NCBI GenBank assembly: GCA_018985225.1
Contig: JADGIF010000272.1
Span: forward strand, 1-12,130
DNA: 12,130 nt
Direction of reading: 5' to 3'
From: Amoeboradix gromovi X-113
Taxonomy: Eukaryota > Fungi > Sanchytriomycota
Program-made: the position numbers and the translations under genes
Notes under the pieces: generated by a model
What the model was told of the DNA's origin: nothing
The model's database searches: none
The model's input: only the letters and a program-made list of their open reading frames with translations
Shown here: piece by piece, positions 1-8,621 of the stretch
Layout of the letters: every line of letters starts with the position of its first letter
Position numbering within the stretch: the first letter of the stretch is position 1

Positions 1-2
1 TA

Positions 3-426
3 ATGGATCTAATGTATAAAGAAATTCAATGTGGACAAGTGATGGCAACCAATATGTCGTTTAATGATCATAAGAGAAAAAAGACACGATACACCAAAAT
101 CAAAAAGAATAAGAAGAAAGTCATTTATTATGGAGACGGGTCTTATAAACATAATAGCCACGGATGTGAATCTGTCATGAACAAAAAGTTAACTTATGCT
201 TTATCTAAAAGGATCTTGGTAATCATTCTTGTTCGGGATGTCATCACTTGAATGAGGATAAAAATGGATTAAAATTCGCTCTAGAAGACTTCGATTACGA
301 CAATGTAAACATTGCCTCGTAACGTTGGATCGAGATGTTAATGCTGTATATAATATTATGGAAGTAGTAGAATCGTATCTACTTTTTAATGAAAAACCTT
401 TGTGGCAACAAAGTGTCGCTGCATAG
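3..426 (+). pseudogene. Fanzor (Fanzor1-like, TnpB-related RuvC nuclease) C-terminal relic, frameshifted, truncated by the window edge
   Basis: Motifs are split over three frames in the correct order. Frame 3 gives KKVIYYGDGSYKHNSHG..SVMNKKLTYALSKRILVI (Gly-type RuvC-II region). Frame 2 gives SCSGCHH (first CxxC, 230-241). Frame 1 gives RLRQCKHCLVTLDRDVNAVYNIMEVVESYLLFNEKPLW (second CxxC at 304-315 plus the RuvC-III DRDxNAxxNI motif), stop at 424-426. The xDExxTS catalytic segment expected before the first CxxC is missing. Confidence 0.9.
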
Positions 427-429
427 TGA

Positions 430-515
430 CATGATATGGGACCTATGTATTTCTACTAGATTTACCCCTAGTCTAGAAATCATAGAGTGCGTCCCAAATC
501 TTGAAATGCTTTCAA
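430..515 (+). ncRNA. Long imperfect hairpin directly after the Fanzor stop; candidate omegaRNA scaffold or element right end
   Basis: Pairings: catgatatgggac(430-442)/gtcccaaatcttg(491-503) 11 of 13; ctatg(443-447)/catag(481-485); atttcta(449-455)/tagaaat(474-480); ctag(456-459)/ctag(468-471); 8-nt loop. A small overlapping hairpin follows, ttgaaa(501-506)/tttcaa(510-515). The position matches where TnpB/Fanzor omegaRNAs are encoded. Expression is not shown. Confidence 0.6.
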
Positions 516-524
516 ACATCCCTC

Positions 525-1109
525 ATGGTTTTGTTATTAGCTTGCGGCGGATCTTACATTCCCTCCAAGTCTCCACAAATACCTCAATCTTTTACAAAGC
601 TACTCAAGAATGGTAAAATTCAGCAGGTAGTATCGCTTGGAAATACTGATAAAGATTATTTGAAAACTATATGCATTGACATCAAATCGGTATACGGTTA
701 TGATGATTCCATCAACGCTCCGGTTCAGTTCCTTAATTATTCTTTGAATCAGCCGGTCACCATTGGTGTGATAAATGGATACCAATTATTTGACGATGAT
801 ATGGCGTATATGGCTTGCTTGCACCTGAACTGCGATATTCTGATTGCACAGGGTGACAAACTGCGATGCATAGAATACAAGGATAAAATGATAATTTATA
901 CTGGGAGCATTACAGGAGCTTTTCAGCAGAAAGAAATAAAAGAAGATAAAGAATGGAGATTCAAAGTCGGTGCACCTTCATTTATTCTATTGGACATAAA
1001 TCAACATGTTACTATATACACATATCATCTCGGCGAGAAGCTTAAAGATGGGAGCTGGGTGGAGGATGTAAAGGTCGAAAGATTGGACTACAAAAAGGAT
1101 AATAAATAA
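525..1109 (+). CDS. VPS29: Retromer subunit Vps29 (metallophosphoesterase fold), divergent, 194 aa
   Basis: Starts at ATG 525 (the track's TTG at 501 is unlikely in a eukaryote). MVLLLACGGSYIP..IPQSFTKLLKNGKIQQVVSLGN, DYLKTI, CDILI, TGSITGAF, PSFILLDI and DVKVERLDYKK are colinear with the Vps29 motifs (FKKLL.PGKIQ, NPGSATGA, PSFVLMDI, DVKVERIEYKK). Confidence 0.9.
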   Translation: MVLLLACGGSYIPSKSPQIPQSFTKLLKNGKIQQVVSLGNTDKDYLKTICIDIKSVYGYDDSINAPVQFLNYSLNQPVTIGVINGYQLFDDDMAYMACLHLNCDILIAQGDKLRCIEYKDKMIIYTGSITGAFQQKEIKEDKEWRFKVGAPSFILLDINQHVTIYTYHLGEKLKDGSWVEDVKVERLDYKKDNK

Positions 1110-1111
1110 TA

Positions 1112-1936
1112 CTAGTTTATTTCAATAACAGCGCCTTTCATCTCAATGCTGGCTACAGAACCGTATTTTGTATGCAATGCCTCACAAGTAATTATCATTT
1201 CCTTTAAATCGGGGTCTGTATTTCTAAATCTCATTAGCAACTGAAAATACTTTTCAATTTTGCGCCTAGTATCCATGCAAGCTATGCTTAGTATTGAACT
1301 CTCTAAGATGCTACGTGGAACTGGAACAGACTCAAAAAGTCGAGATGATCGTAGGAATTCATCAACTTGGATGTCAAATGGTTGCGCACTTTTTGTTATG
1401 TTTTTGTGTTCAGTTTCCATTTTTATTGTGTCTATGAGCTTTGCTGCTATTGCAATATCTAGTAAATCACATGCAATACTATTGTTCTGCAAAATAGATG
1501 CAAATATTAATCTATTACTGTCATTTTCCAGTTCCACATTTATCATTTCTAAAAACCTGCTGTTGTAATCAATTATGTAATTCCTAATGTTGTTTATTGT
1601 TTCCATAAGCATTTTAATTCTTCTCCAAATAAGCGGATCACTGGTTTTATATGCAGCAACTAGGTGTTTAATAAAATTGTCGTAGGCGCTGTATTTCCCA
1701 TCGTATTTCATGCATAGTACGGAATGCTCATTTATTCTCTTGCAAACTGACTTATCGTTTTTGTTGCTTATAATTTCGTCCCGGACCAATCTAAGCCACT
1801 CTTCATAATCTTCTTGTGGTTCCAAATCGTACACTTTTGTATCCATTTCTAATCCCGCGAACAAGTGAAAATCAAACTTAAATTTGTCGTCCTTGATCTC
1901 TTCCAACCATTTGTAACTGTTACTGTAGTCTATCAT
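1112..1936 (-). CDS. Hypothetical protein, 274 aa from the first ATG
   Basis: Long open frame in AT-rich DNA. Its stop lies 2 bp from the VPS29 stop and its ATG is preceded by TCCC like several neighbours. No family recognised. Confidence 0.75.
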   Translation of the reverse strand: MIDYSNSYKWLEEIKDDKFKFDFHLFAGLEMDTKVYDLEPQEDYEEWLRLVRDEIISNKNDKSVCKRINEHSVLCMKYDGKYSAYDNFIKHLVAAYKTSDPLIWRRIKMLMETINNIRNYIIDYNSRFLEMINVELENDSNRLIFASILQNNSIACDLLDIAIAAKLIDTIKMETEHKNITKSAQPFDIQVDEFLRSSRLFESVPVPRSILESSILSIACMDTRRKIEKYFQLLMRFRNTDPDLKEMIITCEALHTKYGSVASIEMKGAVIEIN

Positions 1937-2027
1937 TCTGGGAGACTTTAAAAACAAGACAAACACTTTAAAACAAATGTCTCAAAAAGGTAGAATTAGG
2001 CAGCTGGAAATGTCAACTTAATCATCT

Positions 2028-2279
2028 AAAATTTAGACTGCAACTTATCTACAACATATCATTATGGTTCTAAACACAGGAATGAGCAGATCCGATGAAT
2101 ATCTACAAACCCGCCTACCAGTTTCTTGTTTAGGGTTCTGAAATGACCTCTCTTGCAGAATTCATAACACAGTAAATTACTCCTATGGTAAGTATAATAA
2201 TCTTTTATTACCTACATAACATACTTTTGGATAAGTTTTTCATATAATTTTGGACAAGTTTTTCATATAATTTTGGACG
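2028..2279 (-). pseudogene. Possible highly decayed Fanzor C-terminal relic
   Basis: Minus strand reads PKLYEKLIQKYVM*VIKDYYTYHRSNLLCYEFCKRG...VDIHRICSFLC, then SCSLNF in another frame. This resembles P..l...L....V.vidEyyTS..CxxC...hr..CxxC...RDxNAxxNI, but the catalytic E and the RD are not intact and the Cys pairs are CxxxC. Confidence 0.3.
2225..2278. repeat. 23-bp tandem duplication, about 2.3 copies
   Basis: ttttggataagtttttcatataa (2225-2247), ttttggacaagtttttcatataa (2248-2270), ttttggac (2271-2278); one mismatch between the full units. Confidence 0.95.
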
Positions 2280-2478
2280 CGAAGTTACTAAATATCTCTC
2301 TTTGTTTTACCATCCGCTCTACTCTCAGATCAGTTCTTGTAGAGCAGGTCCCTTAAATCAATGATCAGTAAAAAAAGACAAACTGAAGAGTTATTCAGAC
2401 TTGGTACTAAAATTACGTTAGGGAAGTTAGTTTGTCCAAACACTAAAGTTTTATGACATTGCAGCAATTCAATATCGT

Positions 2479-3664
2479 TTATTTCAAACCCATTAATTTG
2501 ACTAGAATTTCTACACTCATAACAATAGAATCTGCCACTAACAAAAATATTATAATCCAAGTCAATGAATCCATCTTGTTAGAATCAGAGTGACTGGCCA
2601 ACATGTCCAACAAATCGGATAGCACTTTTGTTCGTGTGTTCAGCAACTCAACGCGCTGTGGTATCTGCATGTAAACTTTGATTCTGTCATATATGACTTG
2701 TAAATCTGGATTAGCCCAAAAGAAATCTGGGATATCCAATACACTAGATACTAAATTAACCTTCATTTTGACATCATATAATCTGCCACAAGTTCTTGCA
2801 ATCTGAGTTTTACTAAAACTTATGTCACCCTTGATCGCCAACTCATCCGGTACAGTTTGTGAATCGTTAAGTGTGTTTGACATGATGTCTTCGTATACAG
2901 TTAGTTTAGCAGACTGCGCAAAACCATGACTTAAGCTCAGCTTAACCATAATATCTGTTGTCTTTAGAGTAATCATGTCGTTATAAATACGGGAATAATC
3001 TAGCTTGTCGTAATATTGAAAATGGAAATCTTCATTGACTGTATCTTCTTCGATCAGAGGCAACTTTTGCAAATGAAAAATCTCTTTTAGAATAAAATCT
3101 TCTTGATCAGGGTTGAAATTCCAAAAAACGATACATCCATATTCGAAATACAAAATTTCTCCAAAGCCATGATAGTCTTCAATATTAGCAGGTTCGTAAA
3201 CAAATGATGGAGCATTGTAAATCCTACATTACTTTAGAATACCATTCATACTTGGCATAAATTGCCTCGTCAAATATACGCGGATAAACAGAATGCTTGT
3301 CTTGGAGAAACTTAATTAATTCATTCATATTCAGTTCTTCAGAAACACAATAAGCAGCTACTCTTGGCAAATATTTCCGCTGTTCTGAACTCAGGGATTC
3401 TGCAAAAGTTTTAACGTCCTCTTTTCTTAGAAGTTCCAATATATGGCTTCGCTCATAATCTATTTCCTCCGCCTGCTCAACTTCCGGGAGTAAGACTTTC
3501 TTTGGATTTAACTTTGAAAATCGTTTTACTTTTTTTTCATCGATTGGGGACGTCAGTCGAGTTAATTGCTCCAGCTGTGGCAAGCTTTTAACTAACAGAG
3601 GCACTGAGGTTTCGGGTTGATTATTAGGCGTCGAAAGAGAATCGACCTGATGTGTTTCCGACAT
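2479..3664 (-). CDS. RMD1: RMD1/Sif2-like DUF155 family protein, two exons (385 or 388 aa)
   Basis: ORFs 3224-3664 (LPRVAAYCVSEEL..VYPRIFDEAIY) and 2479-3153 (YFEYGCIVFWNF, RIYNDMITL, KLSLSHGFAQSAKL, NLVSSVLDIPDFFW, QRVELLN, LTWIIIFL C-terminal hydrophobic helix) join in frame across a short GT-AG intron. RMD1 versus RMD8 orthology is not resolved. Confidence 0.85.
3224..3251 (-). other. Ultra-short spliceosomal intron (28 nt; alternative donor gives 19 nt, 3224-3242)
   Basis: Minus strand GTATGAATGGTATTCTAAAGTAATGTAG. Both GT donors (3251 and 3242) with the TAG acceptor at 3224 remove 3n+1 nt, delete the in-frame stop and restore the frame into IYNAPSF..GEILYFEYG. Confidence 0.8.
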
Positions 3665-3922
3665 TATTGTTTGAGGGACTTAAATTTACTTTTCAAAACG
3701 CTAATTTTGAACCAATGAAACCTATAAAATTAATCTCTCATTTGAAGAAAGATGCTTATAGCATAATTTTCTTGCAATTAAAAGCATTAACGTGCGTTAG
3801 GAATAAGTTTGTCTGAAGTTGCAGTGCTAAACGTATTACATTTATCGCTAGAGCATCACTGCGTGTCTACGGTAATTAGGCATTGAAATATGTTTCTTGT
3901 ATAAATACTTTTTCAAACAATT
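3665..3922. promoter_or_regulatory. Divergent intergenic region (258 bp), probable bidirectional promoter for the RMD1-like gene and VPS18
   Basis: Head-to-head genes. The two start contexts match at 12 of 13 nt (TCAAACAATAATG on minus 3662-3674, TCAAACAATTATG on plus 3913-3925). Confidence 0.55.
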
Positions 3923-6478
3923 ATGAGTTTAAAATTTCACCCAGAACCTGTTGCATTTGATTTCAATGGTGACATCTTATCATTTAGCGCTTATAATGAC
4001 AAATTAGTATTTCTTTTGCAGCTGGAGAATGGTCACAAAATACTTCGAGTTGACTTAAAGAACCCAGAAATTATTGAGGATTTCAATGTGATTATTGGCG
4101 AAGATTACTGTCTAAAAATGCTTAGCAACATTTTGCTTCTCTCTGATAAGAAACTTTATATTGTCGACTTGAATATAGAATACGATTTGGATTCTAAAAT
4201 GAGCGATATTGTGGAATATAGACAAGGCTACATAACTGCGTCTCAACGCGGACATGTTTATTATTTACAAGGCACAACTGTTATAGATTCGGGCTTAATT
4301 AACAAAATCCGAAATAAATCAAAAAACATACTTCAATCAACTGAAATTGGTAGTTTGCCGAACGAAAAAGCAGTTTCGAAGATAATTATCCAACCTTTTC
4401 CAGACTCCACTGTTGTCGGCTTTCTCTTTGTACAAAATCGGATTTTATATCAGGCAATTTGGGATCAGCAAGATTTTACTTTAAATGACATTTGCAGGGA
4501 TGTAGTTGATGTTTGCACTTATCGCTCCCCAATATCTAAAATTTGCATTGCCACTAGTAGAAGCATATACTTGGCGTCAACAGATTACATTAATTACTTA
4601 AAAACTGACAAATGGATTAAATTAGAGAACAAAAGCATAGCTCTAGATGTTGTTAAGATAAGTCATTGCTTTCTCACCGAGTATTATGTGGGAATTGTTG
4701 ATGACGTCAGCAAATCTATATGCTTTTACTGGATCCCGAACCCTCTGGATCAGTTAAGTGAAATTAAAATAAGTGTTCAAGGATTTTGTCATGATACCCT
4801 AATGAATACATATTGGGTGCACTCAAATAGACAATTGTTTGAGATTATAGCAACAAATGAGAGTCAAGGATTGTGGCGTAAGTTCGTTGAAATCAATGAC
4901 TTTGAAAAGGCCAAGGAATTGGCAACAGCGAATGAGGAAAAGGACGAAATACTATACAATCAAGCCAAGTATTTGTTAAGCAGAGATCAAGGATCAATGG
5001 CGGCATCATGTTTCGCACAAATGAATAATTTCGACTTAGATGAAATAGCATTGCTGCTTACCGGCAATTCAGCGTTACGTGAGTTCATCGTAATGTGCAT
5101 ACCTAGAATCCATAGTAAAATATCAAAAACACTTGTGCTCCATTGGTCTCTGTATCTAGCTTTAGAAGAAATGACTTTGCTAAGACTCCAAAAGTTAAAA
5201 CATAATCACTTGTACTTGTTTTGCAAGTCATTGCTACTAGAGCACAAGCATATATGCCATCCTAAAACTGTTTACCAGTTATTGCAGAGTCATGATGAAG
5301 ATGATTTAATTTTAGAATATGCAGATATGATTAATGATTATAAGCACAAGTTTTATTTCTATATCAATAAAAAAGACTACTTGCGGGGTATAAATACTCT
5401 TGAAAACCAAAAAGATGTAGGATTGATATATTCCAACATTTCACTCTTGCTCCAGCATTCTCCAAAAGAAACAGTTAACTTATTGTTGAATCACCCAGAC
5501 ATTGATCCTAGACTTGTTATTCCTGCTTTCGTAAAGCATTTGAGTGATTTGGATTCTATATTGCTATATTTGGAGTCAATAATAAAGTCTAATAGAGAGC
5601 CTAGCGTTCACAATTTTCTTTTTAGCTTGTACTGTCAGTATAGCAATGAAGATAGCAAAATTATGCCATATTTACTAGGCAATCGCCGTTTCTGTGACTT
5701 GGATTATGCCTTGTTACAAACAACGAAATTTAACCATTCTTTGTCAACAGTTACCATCTACAGTGAATTAGGCCTTCATGACGAAGCTATTCAAATGTCA
5801 CTGCGATTAAATGACCTCTCATTGGCCAAAAAGGCAGTAAACCAGGTAAGCGATCACTCTGAAAATCACCGTTTGTGGCTAAAAATTGCAAAACATGTCG
5901 TGGAAAAGAATTCGAATTTGAAAGAAATTTTAGAGACACTTGATGAGTCACCATTGGACGTATATGATTTATTGCCATGGTTTCCAAACTTTGAGGAAAT
6001 TGATGAATTTAAAGATGAGATTTGCAAATCGTTAGAGAAACAACAAAAAAGGATCAACAAGGTACACGAAAATGTGCAAAAATGGCAGCATATCGGCGAA
6101 AGATTGCACGCAGCTAAATTAGATCTCAGAAAGAGATACACTTCTATTACCATAAAAGATGTTTGTAGCCATTGTCGTTTGCCTTTAATCCAGAACACGG
6201 ACTACTTCACCGTATATTCATGCAGACATGGATTTCATTTTAAATGTATGTTGAATTTCTGTAAAACCATATTACCGAGTCGAAGATCGGATGAATTAAG
6301 CAATTTGCAAGTAAAATTAGAATTAGCTGAAAAGCAAAAAGATGACGAGTTGGTATTCGCGATCAGAAAAGACATTGAAAGCATGGCTACATTCGAGTGC
6401 TGCTACTGTGGTGAAATTATGATTAAAAGCATTGACATGCCATTTTATGCTCCAAACGATAATCCTTTAAAGATTTAG
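3923..6478 (+). CDS. VPS18: Vacuolar protein sorting 18 / Pep3 (HOPS/CORVET core), 851 aa, intronless
   Basis: LTEYY, DTLMNTYWVHSNRQLFEIIATNESQGLW (Pep3_Vps18 region), clathrin-repeat-like helical region (IDPRLVIPA, VHNFLFSLY, DLDYAL), DLLPWFPNFEEIDEFKDEICKSL, and C-terminal RING-H2 CSHC..YSCRHGFHFKC..ECCYCGEIMIKSIDMPF. Confidence 0.95.
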   Translation: MSLKFHPEPVAFDFNGDILSFSAYNDKLVFLLQLENGHKILRVDLKNPEIIEDFNVIIGEDYCLKMLSNILLLSDKKLYIVDLNIEYDLDSKMSDIVEYRQGYITASQRGHVYYLQGTTVIDSGLINKIRNKSKNILQSTEIGSLPNEKAVSKIIIQPFPDSTVVGFLFVQNRILYQAIWDQQDFTLNDICRDVVDVCTYRSPISKICIATSRSIYLASTDYINYLKTDKWIKLENKSIALDVVKISHCFLTEYYVGIVDDVSKSICFYWIPNPLDQLSEIKISVQGFCHDTLMNTYWVHSNRQLFEIIATNESQGLWRKFVEINDFEKAKELATANEEKDEILYNQAKYLLSRDQGSMAASCFAQMNNFDLDEIALLLTGNSALREFIVMCIPRIHSKISKTLVLHWSLYLALEEMTLLRLQKLKHNHLYLFCKSLLLEHKHICHPKTVYQLLQSHDEDDLILEYADMINDYKHKFYFYINKKDYLRGINTLENQKDVGLIYSNISLLLQHSPKETVNLLLNHPDIDPRLVIPAFVKHLSDLDSILLYLESIIKSNREPSVHNFLFSLYCQYSNEDSKIMPYLLGNRRFCDLDYALLQTTKFNHSLSTVTIYSELGLHDEAIQMSLRLNDLSLAKKAVNQVSDHSENHRLWLKIAKHVVEKNSNLKEILETLDESPLDVYDLLPWFPNFEEIDEFKDEICKSLEKQQKRINKVHENVQKWQHIGERLHAAKLDLRKRYTSITIKDVCSHCRLPLIQNTDYFTVYSCRHGFHFKCMLNFCKTILPSRRSDELSNLQVKLELAEKQKDDELVFAIRKDIESMATFECCYCGEIMIKSIDMPFYAPNDNPLKI

Positions 6479-6503
6479 TAAACTTTTAAACAAAGTAATT
6501 GTT

Positions 6504-8621
6504 TTATTGTTTTTTGTTACTCAAAAATAGAGGTATAGCTTGTAATAGCAGATGATAACCCAAACTAATTTGGTATTCCAAGTTATCTAATCTGAACTTA
6601 AACGCATCCGTAATCTCATACTGAGGTTCTGTAAAGCTGGGTACATCGTTCAACTTCCTTGAAAACAAGTCAAATATGACCTCAACCTTTACTTGAGGTT
6701 TGTTGATGGTCGCAACGCATGGGATGAAGGGAAAATTCAAATTATTCTGGTTTCTATGCAACAGCAAATTGTCAGCAATTGGTTCCATCAGTTGGAAGCT
6801 AGCAGTCTCTGTTACTTGTAGATAAAAACGACATTTCTCATGCTTGTCAGGCGGGTTTTTATAGCCCTCGACTAAATGAGGTTTGCACTTGACCTGCTCA
6901 ATTTTCTCAACTTTTAGTGCGTCATCACTGATGAAATATATCTTGTTGCCATCAACGTGGATAGACTCGACAAATTCGCCATAGTAAACCATGTCACTTT
7001 TGTTTAATGGAAATAATTTGTTTTGCTCCAGTTCCAACAGTAAGCTATTCCAGGGTGCATGGGGATTATTTAATACCAACGAGTGTGTTTTGGATTCCCT
7101 ACAGAGTACTTTAAATTTTAAATCAAATACGTCTAGTACAATTATAACATTGCAAGATTGGTACTTGTCGTAACAATAGATGTTAATTATTGTATCTGGT
7201 TTTGTGTAGAATATGTTGAGTTCGGGTAGATCGGGAAATTTAAAATCGCGCAAATAAAACTCAAATTTGTCATCATTTAAAGGATTGGTCTGAAAACAAG
7301 ATTTGTCCGGCTTAAAACTGGTGTAGTAACTGTCTACTGGTACATTATCAGTATTTAATATACAAGTGCTCATTTTTAAGGTTACCCTACCAGGATAATA
7401 TTGCAACTCATCCGCTATCTTGGATTTAAATAATTGGATATCGGATTGCAACAAATTCGACAAATGATCGATGCTTTGATTCACAGTGAAATCCTTACAT
7501 AATGTATGCAAAAGCCTATCGCTGCAAAATGCATTTGAGTTGTTAGATATAACCACAATGTCATAAGGACAAGAATCTGCAACATAGTGTACTGGTTTTG
7601 TATCTGTTTGGACATCTAATTGACTTTTCACAACAGCGGATATAGTTGGATAATTTTCTATATCATTGTATTTTAAAAAAGAGGTTGCAAAGTTGTGTAG
7701 TTCAACTCTGGCCATGTTGTTATTGCCAGAAATGACATGTTTATAGGTCCTGGTATCGTCTTTGAATTTAATAGCGTCATCTAATATTTCATCGTCTGAA
7801 TCGGAGAGTTCAGGTTTTAAATATGGATCTACCTGTGGAGCAGCATGATCCACAATGAAAGAACTCTTCATAATTTCTAATGAGTTGTGATGACTTTTCA
7901 ATACTCTGATTTGATATGGAGAAAGAATGTAGCCGATTGAAATCTCGCTATTGCTTCCACTGGTGTATGCCTCGTTCTTAGTTATTTCACCATGATATTT
8001 ACCTATGTTTTTCTCTTCCTCGATGTCTTGTAGTATCTTCGCTAGCAAAATATACCATTTCTCAACAGGCTTTATTATTCTCTGGTTATTGTTGAATAAG
8101 AAGATAGTACCTGTAAATCTTGAATCTTCCATTTCAACTACAATATGACAGTCCAATAGTTCCTCAACAAGCAAAGAAAACAAATTTACAGCCTCGATAT
8201 TGTCACCAAAGGCAGTGTATCCTTTCAAGATGTTGAACTTATCAGCAAATTGTCCAAATCTTTCGATAGAAGAATGGTCTAGCTGGAATTTTGAAAATCT
8301 AATCAAACTATCTCTTAGGAGCTTACTGTAGCTTTGGGGTCTAAAAACATGAGAGAATATACCTCGGGTCGTGTTGAGTTCGTCTCGAGTTCTACATTTT
8401 GAAATGCACTCATCAATTATCTTCATTCTTAAGTTGCTTACCTTATTTCTGTTTTTATCGTATCTATCAGGTCTTTTTCGGTCTCTATTTTCATAAGGCA
8501 AGTTGTTGTGAAGGCGTTTTGTCACCTCTCTTGGCATTGATTCAAGGAGATTCGTAACTGACTTAATTATTGACTGTTTTTGTATTAAGGTTTGCGTAAT
8601 AGCGCCCAAAAAAGCCGTCAT
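6504..8621 (-). CDS. Hypothetical protein, 705 aa
   Basis: 2.1-kb uninterrupted ORF with an ATG start; stop lies 25 bp from the VPS18 stop. No family recognised. Confidence 0.85.
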   Translation of the reverse strand: MTAFLGAITQTLIQKQSIIKSVTNLLESMPREVTKRLHNNLPYENRDRKRPDRYDKNRNKVSNLRMKIIDECISKCRTRDELNTTRGIFSHVFRPQSYSKLLRDSLIRFSKFQLDHSSIERFGQFADKFNILKGYTAFGDNIEAVNLFSLLVEELLDCHIVVEMEDSRFTGTIFLFNNNQRIIKPVEKWYILLAKILQDIEEEKNIGKYHGEITKNEAYTSGSNSEISIGYILSPYQIRVLKSHHNSLEIMKSSFIVDHAAPQVDPYLKPELSDSDDEILDDAIKFKDDTRTYKHVISGNNNMARVELHNFATSFLKYNDIENYPTISAVVKSQLDVQTDTKPVHYVADSCPYDIVVISNNSNAFCSDRLLHTLCKDFTVNQSIDHLSNLLQSDIQLFKSKIADELQYYPGRVTLKMSTCILNTDNVPVDSYYTSFKPDKSCFQTNPLNDDKFEFYLRDFKFPDLPELNIFYTKPDTIINIYCYDKYQSCNVIIVLDVFDLKFKVLCRESKTHSLVLNNPHAPWNSLLLELEQNKLFPLNKSDMVYYGEFVESIHVDGNKIYFISDDALKVEKIEQVKCKPHLVEGYKNPPDKHEKCRFYLQVTETASFQLMEPIADNLLLHRNQNNLNFPFIPCVATINKPQVKVEVIFDLFSRKLNDVPSFTEPQYEITDAFKFRLDNLEYQISLGYHLLLQAIPLFLSNKKQ

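Noticed and set aside
1-520. Intact transposase, terminal inverted repeats or target-site duplication for the elements
   Set aside because: None could be identified; left ends are outside the window or too decayed, so the transposon superfamily is not assigned.
501-524. Non-ATG starts in the ORF track (501, 1966, 3153, 9252)
   Set aside because: Artefacts of bacterial-style ORF calling. Homology and context favour ATG 525, 1936 and 9324, and 3153 is internal to exon 2.
2225-2278. 23-bp repeat as a CRISPR array
   Set aside because: Units are directly adjacent with no spacers, there are only about 2.3 copies, and the context is eukaryotic.
3821-3862. gcagtg...cactgc stem as an RNA gene
   Set aside because: Only a 6-8 bp stem with no tRNA, snRNA or snoRNA hallmarks.
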